From: Octopus vulgaris
Lineage: Eukaryota
Length of the DNA: 64,000 nt
NCBI GenBank assembly: GCA_951406725.2
Contig: OX597825.1
Location: forward strand, 47,802,001-47,866,000
Direction of reading: 5' to 3'
Below are positions 38,200 to 49,619 of the stretch, one piece after another; position 1 is the first letter of the stretch, and each line of letters starts with the position of its first letter. The notes under the pieces were generated by a model. That model did not search any database and had not been told where the DNA came from. It saw nothing but the letters and a program-made list of their open reading frames with translations. The position numbers and the translations under genes were made by a program.

Positions 38200-39995
38200 G
38201 TTTCCATTTCTTGCCGAGTATCTTCCTAACACCTAGGGCAGAGAAACGTACTGTATACATTGGTAGGCCATTCAAACAAACGCACCAGATTGTTCGTTTA
38301 CAAAGTCATGTGATAGAGAAAAAGGTGAAAACAGAGAGAAAAAAGGAAAAAATAATAACCAAACAAACAAAATGAAGGTGGAGGAAAGAAAATTCACAGC
38401 GATAATGCTCTTCTCAATACGTGTGACGCATCAGTTAAAACAATCTTTTGCAATTACTGTATGAATGGTAAGCCAGGGATCATTATTAAATAATTTTCAG
38501 TTCCTTTTTTGATCATTCCAAGTACACCTACAATCACTGGTTACAATACCAGTGATTGTAACCGTCTTGAGATGCCACATCTTTTCGATTTCGATTATCA
38601 AATCTATATTTTCTGAGCTCATCAAATTTTTTGCCGAGATGTTATGGTCACAGGGTATACTCCAGTCAATCAATAAACAGACTTTATTGTTTTGGTGTTT
38701 CACAACAATATCTGGTTAAATTGGGAAGTCCCTAAGAATATTTACAATTTCTCCCTCAGTTACAGCCTCAGGGTGGTGCTTGTACAATTTCTCAGCAGAT
38801 TTGATTTTATAATGCCGACACATTATCCAAACTCTGTCATGTCTTGATTTGTACTCTACAGGTGCTAAAGCGTTACATCCAGAGTAAGGTGGTCCACTGT
38901 TTCTATCCCATCGGTGCAGTATCGGCACTTTGGGTCTACACCATTTTTCATCACATTGGCTTCATAGCTCCAGGTCAGTAAGTTCTGATCTTGGGCAGCC
39001 AAGATAAAGACTTCACTCTCTGACTTTAGTCTTGAGCTCCGTAACCACTGATGATTGGGCTTCTGATCTACATCAGCGTGTTTGCTGCGCGTCACATATT
39101 TGCCATGGAAAGTATTTTGTTCCCATCTATCAGCCAATTGTTCAAGTGCATTTTGCTTTGCTATTGATTTCACCTTCTTTGCAACTACAGTTGCTGCACT
39201 TCCATTATGCTGTTGAACCTGGGTATTATGCATAAATTCACTTTATATTTTTGGAATTCCTCCTTAAAATGTGAAGCTTCTTAAGTCTATCATGGTTTTC
39301 AGTGAGCTTTAGCATCCAGTCGTTAGAAGTTTCAAGTTATTTTGAACTTTCCTGTAACACACCTTCTGATCTTCTCTCTCATACTTGCCAAATCTCTCAT
39401 GTATTCCAAGGTATTTGTAAGTTTGTTCCTGCTCGAGTTCCTTTATAACCGTGTCAACATCCAACTCCACTGAATGTGAGGGCTTCAGTTTCCCTATTTG
39501 GAAAGTGGTCTTGGCACATTTATCAAGACTAAATTTCATCCCGATGTCATCACTGAATGCTCTCACAGTACATAGTAGTCCTTCAAGCTCATTATCGTAT
39601 TTGCCATAGCGTTTTAAGTCATCCATATAAAATAGATTACTTATTTTCTTGTTGCCAATTTTATATCCATACCCTCTTCTGTTAAGTTCCCTTGTAACGG
39701 GTAAAGAGTATTAGGGCTATGCAGAAGATTAAAGGGGAAAGTGAGTAATCTCGGGAAATGCCGCAGTTGATATTAATATTAGAGTGGTATAAATGGAGAT
39801 GCGTATACCCCATTGACATGATGTGTTTCAGGAAGTTTGAAATCATAGGAGAAATTTTGAAGATATCCAGCAAATTCAAGATCCATGAATGTGGTATGCT
39901 GTCGAAGGCCTTTTTATAATTAATCCATGCAGGAGTGAAATTTATGCGTTTGTTATGACAGTCCTTAAGGATCGCGCGATTGATTAAGAGTTGGC
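38200..39995 (-). mobile_element. decayed R4/Dong LINE (RT, zinc finger, RLE), TAA-flanked
   Basis: YKKAFDS region, SLSPLIF, MDDLK, YKYLG, AAQDQ, KCRYC...ETVDH, HDRV, CLLID...KMWHLKT. Confidence 0.85.
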
Positions 39996-40004
39996 ATTTG
40001 CATC

Positions 40005-40055
<51 letters not shown>

Positions 40056-40105
40056 CATTATTATTATTATCCTCATCATCATCATCAGCATCATCATTAT
40101 CATCA

Positions 40106-40140
<35 letters not shown>

Positions 40141-40166
40141 GTTATTATTATTATTATTATTATTAT
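40005..40166. repeat. (TAA)n/(CAT)n microsatellite
   Basis: Direct read; source of the poly-I/poly-L ORFs. Confidence 0.95.
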
Positions 40167-41798
40167 ATGTTTGACTTTTGCTTTATATTTGTACAAGTTG
40201 GCTCCAAGTCTCACCCGGAGACCTCAAGAGACAACAGGTTGGAAGTTCACGTTGTTGTTATGCCTAGTGTGCCATATATTTGGTGGGGTTTTGGTGTTGT
40301 GCTAGTGAATGTCTAAAAAAAAAACGAAAATTATGTTTGTTTTAAAACTTGAGATTACATAGAAAGTATTTTGCGTAGGATATGAGCAGTTCCCATGAGC
40401 ACTATCTTTTGAATTTCTGCCATTTTGGGGTTTCCTGGTATCTGAGTTAGGTAGCGATCATTTGCTATCATCCCAGGGCACCAATGACAACAGGTATTGT
40501 TTTAGTCTTCACGTTCCACATTTTGCTGATTTCTATTTCAAGATCTTTATATTTGCTCAGTTTTTGGTAGGTCTTGACAGATACGTTTATATCGATTGGG
40601 ACAGTCATATCAATGAGGAGGCATGTTCTTTGTCTGAAGTCTTTCAATATGATGTCTGGCCTATTTGCATCTATCTTTCTATCAGTTTGAATGGTGAAGT
40701 TCCAGAGGAGTGAGATGTGGTCATTTTCAAGCACTGGAGGTGGTTTGTGTTCCCACCAGTTTTTTTCATGGAGCAAATCCAGGCTTTTGCAAATTACCCA
40801 GTGAATATATTGTGCAGCTCTATCATGCCTGTTGAGATACTCTGTAGGCGCAAGAAGACTGCACTTGGAGACAACATGATCAATGGTTTCATTTTGTTGT
40901 TGACATACACGACATGTTGGACTACTGCCGTTCTTTAATATGTTGGCCTGGTAGTTTCTTGTTTGTAGGCATTGATCTTGAGCTACTATGATAAACCCTT
41001 CTGTTTCAGATTTTAAGCCAGAGGCCATTAGCCATTGATGTGTCAGGGCTTTGTCAACATCTGCATTATTCGCTCTCTTTGGGTATTTGTCATAGAGAGG
41101 TTTTTCTTGCCATTTATCATTCAGAATATCTAAGGCCGCAATTTTAGCACGGGTTTTCATGCGCTTAGTTTTTTCTGTGCTTGTTTCTTGTATGTCTATC
41201 TCTAATTCTGAAATTGGTTGTATTCGGAATTCACTTAGATATTCCTTTGCCTGTTTTGTTACTGAGTATGATGCTTTCTTGTTTACATGTTTTGAGACAA
41301 GTTTTAACATCCAGTCCTCAGAGTTTTTCAGGTAGGTGTCTAGGCCAATTGTAGCAATCTTCATTGTTATTGCCAGTTGTAAAAGTCCACGGCCTCCCTC
41401 TTTTCTTGGCAGATAAAGTCGTTCTGTATCTGCCTTAGGGTGGTGCATTCTATGCATTGTCAACAGTTTTCGTATTTTTCTGTCAAGATTACATATTTCA
41501 GTATTTGACCAGTTAACGATATTGAAACAGTAAGTCACGACTGGTATGGCTAATGCATTGATCGCTTCGATCCTGTTTCTTGCATTCATCTCTGTCTTCA
41601 GTATTGCTCTTAATCTGCGATAACATTCTCTCCTGATCCTTTCCTTCATTTCTGAATGCCTTATTCCGTCCCCTTCAATTACGCTTAGGTACATGTAGCT
41701 CTCCGCTGGGTCTAATTATTTTATGACATTCTGCTGGTCAAGGTTAACGTTAGATGTTTCTGTCATTTTTCCTTTGATAAAGGTAGCTTTTGCACATT
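40167..41798 (-). mobile_element. young 5'-truncated Dong/R4 LINE inserted in (TAA)n
   Basis: 408-aa ORF 40468-41694: GGRGL, AQDQ, CRVC...H...C zinc finger, NRPDII, LID, KYKDL, PVVIGALG. (TAA)n on both flanks; near-identical to 53583-55424. Confidence 0.95.
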
Positions 41799-41829
41799 TA
41801 TTATTATTATTATTATTATTATTAGTATT

Positions 41830-42135
41830 ATTCAGTAGTTTTATTTTTATAGCGTGCTTTCACTTCACTACCGAGTGCAGCTCTGTTTGCCTTGGGTATG
41901 TGCTGTGGTTTGGTTTGATGATCTTATGTTTACTGTATTGAAAGTGTTTTGCGTAGGATGTGTGCAGTGCCAAGTAGTGGAATTTTCTGTATGTTATTTA
42001 TATTTGTAAGTCCTGGTGTTTTTGTTATGTATTTGTCGGAATATTTTTTTATCATACCTAATGCACCTACTACGATAGGAATTGTTTCTGTTTTCAGATT
42101 CCACATCCGAGTTACCTCTATTTCCAGGTCATCTG
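41830..42135 (-). mobile_element. R4/Dong 3'-end fragment (another subfamily)
   Basis: DLEIEVTRMWNLKTETIPIVVGALG...LGTAHILRKTL. Confidence 0.85.
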
Positions 42136-42164
42136 CTGGTATTGATACATTAATTAGAAAGGAG

Positions 42165-42177
42165 CTGCAGCAGTAGC

Positions 42178-42235
<58 letters not shown>

Positions 42236-42236
42236 A
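42165..42236. repeat. (TAG)n microsatellite
   Basis: Direct read. Confidence 0.95.
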
Positions 42237-42383
42237 TTATTATTCATATACAAACAACAGATTAGACTGTTCGAAAAGAAAGATTCCTAACATCGGGCTA
42301 CAAGTAACCGTAGATACCAAGAACCTTCCTAAGTATCCTAGCTGTCCCTAATAACACTCTTTTCTGGTGCTGTACTAAATTCA

Positions 42384-42425
<42 letters not shown>

Positions 42426-42579
42426 TGGATTGAGTGGGTGCTTGTTCATGACTCGTAAGTTTTCTTTAAAATGTGTTATTTTATAACTTGGTATTTACTA
42501 GATAAGCCGACTCGCCTTCCTTCTGACGAACTAATGTCGCAAAAATCTTCCCTTTAAGGGCGTATTTTAAGATTTAAAA

Positions 42580-43200
42580 TTGAAAAATATTTGAGGTCAA
42601 GCACGGAAATGTAGATACACGCCTATCTACACGGTTTTGAAGCTATCCCGGATTTGATAACCTGAGATCCCACATTTGTGGTGAAACAAGCCATTTAAAG
42701 GGTTTCTGCTCCATGTAAAGAAAAGGAAACAAACATCAGTAGCAAGCACCGGAACTAGCACACGAGAAATACTAAAACAACATCCACACCATCGCAATCG
42801 AGAGAAGCTTCACCCACACCAGTCGACTGGATCACCATCTTATAAATGCGTGACTGTGCATACTTCTTCCCACTGACACAGTTTCTTTTTTCGACTGCGA
42901 AATCTCACCTGGTGAGGAAACAAAGTCGTGGAAAGCTACCAGAATGGACCCTAGAGAAAGGAAAAAGGAAAAAATTGCAAAATGAAAAGCATGGCAAAAG
43001 AACTAAAATCAAAGCGATTAGAGGAGGAGAGACAGAAACCAAGAAATCGTCACAGACCCACACACTCTACACTAATGCAATAACATCTCCAGCACCAACA
43101 ATATTACAAACACTTCAACATACGAAAGCACACATAGAAACCCAGATGAACAACATGAACAGCACTCTCAAGGCATCGCTATTTACCTGGCCATTGATAC
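42580..43200 (+). pseudogene. decayed L1/Tx1-like ORF1 fragment with zinc knuckle
   Basis: RSHICGETSHLKGFC at about 42665-42710 (degenerate CCHC) followed by a basic, low-complexity region. Confidence 0.45.
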
Positions 43201-43742
43201 AAACATTTAATAAAACATTAAAAAACCACAGACATTGATCTAAATCATAGGTGATTGATAATTTAAAATGTTTAGAAAATGATGTCCAAAGTGTGGTAAA
43301 ATGAGTAATAACTAATTTCAAAAATTTTCTCTATTTAACCGCATTGTGCGTAAATACATGAGGAAGAAAGCCATTCTACTAGATTGTGAAGAGGCTATAG
43401 AGAATATTTTATGTTGAGCTTTTAGATTTTTGCCGAGTTTAATTTCATATCCTGAGCAAATTTTCCAAGATCCTCTTTCATTTGACCTAGATATTTAAAA
43501 TTTTTGTTGCATTTCTGATGTTTCTAAGGATGGATGTCGATGCATATGAGTCTCCTTTGTAAGTGTAATTCTGGAGAACTGAAGAGGCAAATTTATTTTA
43601 TCTTGTCTTACATATTTTGCCCAACCAAAATTTGCCTTGGGTAGTTCAACTACAGTTATGGTTACCTATAAAATCTATTTCGGTTTTGGATTTGGTTTGC
43701 AAGATTCTTTATATGAGTTCGTGTGTTGAAGCATATTCTGTT

Positions 43743-43945
43743 GTGTCTGGGGAGAGTCATTTTCTTTTCGTTGCGTCTTGCAACATTTTCAATAGTTTTG
43801 ACTCTCAGTAGTCAAAACTATTGAAAAGGTTGCAAGACGCAACGAAAATTTTAGGAAAATAAAAATAAGAAATAAGTGTAAATTTTACCGGTGAGTGTGT
43901 TACATAATAAAGCACAAAAAGAAAATGACTCTCCCCAGACACACG
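43743..43945. repeat. small foldback / MITE-like inverted repeat
   Basis: Outer arms GTGTCTGGGGAGAGTCATTTTCTTTT / AAAAGAAAATGACTCTCCCCAGACAC; inner ~38-bp hairpin 43764-43846 with a 6-nt loop. Confidence 0.85.
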
Positions 43946-45054
43946 GAATATAAAATCTATCTTAAAGAAAAATTCTAAAATTAAGTGAACTCGGTGTTTC
44001 TGCTCAAAACAGCGAAATACCAGCATCTGTACTTGAACTAAAGATTATTGAGCTAAATAAGATCAATAATTTCTTTAATCAGTAATTACTCTTGTTTTTA
44101 TACTTTCGTTTCCCTTATCTTACTAAAATTCTGTAATTTAATGGTAATCTTGGGTTCATTGCCAAGTATAATATTGTTACGTGGATGGGTTCGTCGGTAA
44201 GCCAAATACCTGCTGTAAACGTATTATCAATAAATAGAATATTTATCGTGAATCTACATCTATAGCGAAGCTTATCAACTGGCGAGAATTTAATATTTTC
44301 TGTCAAGGAAAAAGCATGTTTCAACGATTAAATAAATATCTTTGGATATCTGTCAGGATCAAAAACGTCTGTATTTTGACATGTTACCACATTTCTACCC
44401 ATCACCACCTCCTTGTGTGTACTTGTCGATAATCACTGAAATCTTGAATTTTTATCAAAGAAATATAACACAAACAAATATTGTTTAGCTACAACAAAAT
44501 ACCTGTCTACATTAACGTTTTCAATTCTGCTGCTGCTACTCTGATCCATTCACGTTTATATTTCGTTGAAAATATGCTACCACGATAAAAATTGCACCTC
44601 CACTACACACCTCTTAAAGTAGTAATGCATAGTCATTACTGCCAAAATCATTTACGTTTCTTCTGTGAAGTGGATAGAATATGAAGTAATATAGTATTGA
44701 CAGTTGTCATTACCTGTTAACAGAACAAATTAAGCAACAGACCCACAAAAAGGATACGTCAGTGAATTATGAATTGGAAATAAAATTAAATCCGCTTTAT
44801 ATCTTTTCCATTCAGTGGATTCTCTGTCTGCTATATCTATTTAAGAAAACAATATTAACATGCTATTAAAAAAGTTTGGCCAACAATCAACCAATGGCTC
44901 CAATGACTAGTATTCTGAATGCAGATATCACTGTATGTTTACTCCCCTAACATCAATTATATTTTGAAAAAATGTACAATTTGATACTAGTTCTCCGTAC
45001 AAATAAGATCACCGTTGTTTTCTATTAAATATTATTAAAGGCCAGATTCAATTT

Positions 45055-45660
45055 CAATCAGCGGATTCTGGCTATTGTTCTGGCGAGCAGGTACTCGCGA
45101 CTGAAGATGAACCAATTAGCTCGAAATTGAGTCAGTCCTGCGATCTTGTTAGCTGCTAGAGGGTGGTAGGGGTTCGCGCCCCTCGCTAGCAATATATTGT
45201 ATATAAATGGTGCAGTGTTGCACTGATAACCAGCTGGCGGAGAATCTACCTGGGGTCAAACTAGTAGCAACATTTAACAACTACTTTGATGTGGAAACTA
45301 GCTTTACTGTTTAGTATGCATTACTACTCTATCTCTTCTTGAGATTTTATAACTAGTTATTTTGCTTGTTGCAAATCAGTGACCGATGGTCACTTTGTTT
45401 ACAATAAATTGTTAGCGGTTGCAGATTCTGGTTATTGCTCTAGTGTGCAGGTACTCGCGGCTGAAGATGAACCAAATGACTCGAAACTGAGCTCTTAGAG
45501 GGTAGTATGGGCTCGCTCCCCCTGCCGGCAATATATTGTAAATAAAGAGTGCAGAATGTTGCATCGATAACCAGCTTAGCAGAGAATCTGCCTGGCGTTA
45601 AACTAGTAGTAACATTCAACAGCCACTTTGAAGAGGCGACTGGCTTTACATGTTCAGCAT
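45055..45660 (+). repeat. two diverged direct repeats, 360-bp period, each with an HHR-like core
   Basis: GC.GATTCTGG.TATTG... at 45061 and 45421; CTGAAGA-TGAACC...CTC-GAAA in both. Confidence 0.8.
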
Positions 45661-45874
45661 ATAATACAGAAAAACTTCTCTTTAGAATTTCAGCCCATTG
45701 CCTTTATTTATTCTCCTCTTGATACTGAGATATCTGCAGATTACGGCGTGAATTATTCAAGTCAATATAATCGTAACAGATTTGACGAACCAATTTTGAA
45801 TGTAAAACTGACACTTTATTTCACGTTACTCCAATTCAATCAGCTTGTAGAAATGATTACTACCTGTATTTCAA

Positions 45875-46040
45875 AGGGTCAGCCTTGTCCTATTCTGCGT
45901 CATGCTAAATCTTCCTGAGAACTACGTTAAGGGTACGTGTGTCTTTAGAGTACTCAGATACTTGCATGTTAATTTCCCGAACAGGCTGTTCCGTTGATTA
46001 GATCAACTGTAACCCTCGTCGTCGTAACCGATGGATTGCC
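45875..46040 (+). mobile_element. SINE-like repeat tail fragment
   Basis: GGCTGTTCCGTTGATTAGATCAACT.TAACCCTCGTCGTCGTAACCGATGGA resembles a common cephalopod repeat tail (recognition from memory only). Confidence 0.4.
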
Positions 46041-46321
46041 ATTTTTTTTTTTGTCACTTCTGATAGAAAGTTACACTAATGTGAAGCACTGAATTAAGTT
46101 TCAAAAACTCTCCAGTTTTTCAATCTACATTATTTTCGTTCATGATGTAATACATTTATATATCTAAGTTCAAATTATCTTTATTCGATACAATTAGTAC
46201 TTGTAATTTACTAGAATCTTTTAATTGTAAAGCATCAATTATAAACACAAGCCTGATACATTTGATGATATTCAATTGTTGTTATATTATTGTAAAATAA
46301 AATTGTTCTTTCATATTCTAG

Positions 46322-46428
46322 AGTGACGGGCTGATGGAGTGGAGTAAATGGTCGCAATGGAGTGAATGTACAAAAACATGTAACCGGGGAGTTTCTCAGA
46401 GGCGAAGGCAATGCAACGAAAATCCTAA
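46322..46428 (+). CDS. internal coding exon, thrombospondin type-1 repeat (TSP1) domain of an unidentified extracellular protein
   Basis: Pyrimidine tract plus TTCTAG acceptor and GTAAGT donor. Translation SDGLMEWSKWSQWSECTKTCNRGVSQRRRQCNENP(K) matches WSxWSxC..TC..G...R.R.C. Confidence 0.9.
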
Positions 46429-46599
46429 GTAAGTTATGTTATATATTATGCACATATAATAAATTAACACAAACTTGGATCTGCTTGGGCCAAAATTGTC
46501 CCAAGCCATATATACCACCTGATATATAATAGATTGCGAGGAATTTTTGAGGGTTAATTATCAGTATAATAGCCTTTTTAATCCAGTTAAAAGGTCTTT

Positions 46600-47360
46600 A
46601 TTTCTTTCAGATCTCCTATGGCAAATAAAATGCTAACACAAGAAAGGAAAAGACATACAGTTATTGTTACCGTATATGTGGAACACGGTAATTTAGATAT
46701 TGCAATGGAATTGGAGGCCTTTAGGGGGAATGTTTCAACTGTATCAAAGAAATGTTTGGACACTATAAGGACACCGCAATTCATTTAATGGGCTCTAACA
46801 TTATTGATGATGATCAATCAATATCAAGGAAATCAAGGAAATGTCGAAGAGGATTTTCAGAACTGTAACTCACGGATACATTCGATACAAATCGTAGCTC
46901 TGAAGAGAGGCCAACTCATGTCTGCAAAAAGACAGGGAGACTGATCCGTACCAAGTGGACATGGCATGCGTTGGTTCATCTCTGATATGGAAAACTTCGA
47001 TCAAGATCAAACTCTAAAAAAAATAATTACAGATGGCTATGTGCAGATCCTCCTAATGTTCCCAGAGATATGCTTTCTAAGTTCCCAGTAATTGTGATGG
47101 TTTTAGAAATAGTGAGTGTCGAAGGTCATGTCATGGCACCTCACATCTTTCCACAGAGTTTCAGAATTAACGCTGTTAGATACACTGAGGTCCTGGAAAC
47201 AGTTGTTAGACCTTGAATGGATGATGTACACCGTACCTATTTTCAACAAGACTATTGCGCAAAATCCACGTAACACATGAATGAATGTCAGAAAATCTTT
47301 ACGATAATATAACACCAAACTTGTGGTCTCCAGACCCTTCAGTTTTAAATCTGTTTGAAG
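46600..47360 (+). mobile_element. decayed DD37D (maT-like) Tc1/mariner transposase
   Basis: WFISDMENFDQDQ, RWLCADP..VP...KFP..VMVL..VS.EGHVMAPH.FPQ, EVLETVVRP, FQQD. Confidence 0.8.
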
Positions 47361-47726
47361 GCTGCTATTTTCCATCAAGGTGCTGTCTGTAATAAATAAG
47401 ACCTTTTAATGCAGGCATATCAATGATTCTAGTCCCACGCTCAAACTGTCATCGAATCCTAAGGTGGATTCATAGAGTAATTTTATAAGGAAGCTTATCG
47501 AGAACATGAAGAATTTTTTTTATTAAAGTACATTTGCTTTTGGTAGATATATTCTCAAATATATTGAAATCAATATATATACTCTCATATGTGCAGTTAT
47601 GTAGATGTCATTAAACTCTTTGATAAATATCCTGCCATTTTTGTATCACATTGTGAACCAAGTCAACGGTGGTTCCGGCTGACTAGGGCAGGGGTGTTTG
47701 TTGGTTGGATATATACATACATACAT

Positions 47727-47759
<33 letters not shown>

Positions 47760-47910
47760 AGATAGTAAAACGAATGGCTTATACCTGGTATCTTACTGGT
47801 AAAGAACGATCACTTTCACAGTGTTCGTTATGTAATTGTAAAAATTCTCGTATCATCCATCTTGTCTCTCAATAACCAAATATATGTGTGTGCGTGTGTA
47901 TGTATGTATG

Positions 47911-47991
<81 letters not shown>

Positions 47992-48652
47992 ACATATATA
48001 CATGCGCGTTTGCGGTTGAGAAATCCAGGTCCCGTCTACAACTCTTCTTATAATGCAGGTATGAGTAAGAAGCTCCTTTGCAATCGTGAAGTTTCGATTT
48101 TTTCCCTAATGCTTTGAATCTTGAATATGTGTCTTCTATCATATATTCTGATCGACCTAAACTTTCTGACAGAAATTGCCGAGATGGAATTTGTGCGGAA
48201 TCATGTATCCCATCGGATTGACCGAATTGGCTGTTAAAATATCCGCTTTGCTGTACAATGAGTTGAACTTATTCTGCTTGAAGATTACGATAACGGTGGA
48301 CGTATCTCTGGAACACTCAACCACCTTTAAGTTGAACAGACAACTAAAATCCTCATTGCTGTACGGAGAATCACTGTAATGATCGAGTCAATCATTAACT
48401 AACGTAAATTATAAATTTATAAATATAAAGATTCATATCTATATTACTTTCGAATCTGAGAATTTTTTCAACAGTATTGGATAAAGGTAAAACGTTCCAA
48501 AGATGCCAAGCAGAAGAATACCTATTAAAATGTAAATAGTGTCGACATTATCTAAATGATTTCTTCCTTATTTCAAATTAACAACGAAAAGTGGTGAGAC
48601 TAAATAACATAGAAATGATTCCTTATAGCTCCCTCTCTCTCTTATATATCTA

Positions 48653-48702
<50 letters not shown>

Positions 48703-48705
<3 letters not shown>

Positions 48706-49540
48706 ATAATATGCACAATTACTCAATAGTCAAGATAAAACTCTGAGTTTCAGATGCCGAAGTGGAAATCCACAACACCATCTCTTCGGTTATCTGGCCA
48801 TCTGAAAAAACGCTATGAAAAAATACCGTTATATAAAGGGAAATTACTGTGTTATAATTCTGCTACTTATATAAAATAAGATTAAAATTTCATAGTAAAA
48901 CACGTAAACATGACTAGTCATACGCTCACATGTGCGCTCGCGGACCCACGTGCGTACTTATACGTCACTATGAAAACGTACACATCTTCACTCGCATTTT
49001 TCGCCAAATATATACGCATATATATACAAACTCATACACACACACATGCGTACCGTAAAAGTTCATACATACGTCTATATACGCACAAGCACAAGAAAAA
49101 CCATGGTTAAAGGTAACAGAAAAAAACATAAGGAAGTATACGAAGCATAAAAACCACGTTCATATACGGACATGCCCTTATGCACTCATACACACACACG
49201 CCCATATATGTACATACCCGCACATGTTTATATACACATACATACACACGCATATACGAAAACTGAATATACTATGAAATTTTAATCTTATTTTATATAA
49301 GTAGCAGAATTATAACACAGTAATTTCCCTTTATATAACGGTATTTTTCATAGCGTTTTTTCAGATGGCCAGATAACCGAAGAGATGGTGTTGTGGATTT
49401 CCACTTCAGTATCTGAAACTCAGAGTTTTATCTTGACTATTGAGTAATTGTACATATTATTTTATAGATAAATTTCCTCTATTTACATAATATTGAGGTC
49501 TCTTTCTTTCTTTTTGTTATCTTACCGTTTTTACCAATAC
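48703..49540. mobile_element. head-to-head inverted pair of HHR-bearing repeat (family B), ~195-bp arms 48703-48896 / 49270-49461, between (TA)n tracts
   Basis: Arms are nearly perfect reverse complements; each holds GAUAA-CCGAAGA-stem II-UGAAA-CUCAGAG-UU-UUAUC. Confidence 0.85.
49372..49433 (+). ncRNA. minimal hammerhead ribozyme-like motif (family B); mirror copy about 48732-48794 (-)
   Basis: Stem I GAUAA/UUAUC, core CCGAAGA...GAAA, palindromic AACUCAGAGUU stem III. The paralog at 33918-33980 has canonical CUGAUGA. Confidence 0.6.
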
Positions 49541-49619
49541 ATATATATATCTATATATATCTATATATATATATATATAGCTACTGCAAATTTAGGGTGA
49601 ATACTTGATAAGTGTAAGA

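Noticed and set aside
39980-40305. Poly-Ile/Leu ORFs (also 53295-53736) and the [12 protein letters not shown] ORFs throughout
   Set aside because: Translations of microsatellites with no coding evidence.
40468-41694. Host protein-coding gene (408-aa ORF)
   Set aside because: It is the C-terminal part of a Dong/R4 retrotransposon ORF, 5'-truncated and flanked by (TAA)n.
48000-48390. Possible minus-strand exon or PLE RT relic (MG..DSAQI-like)
   Set aside because: Needs a frameshift and has only one weak motif; left unassigned.
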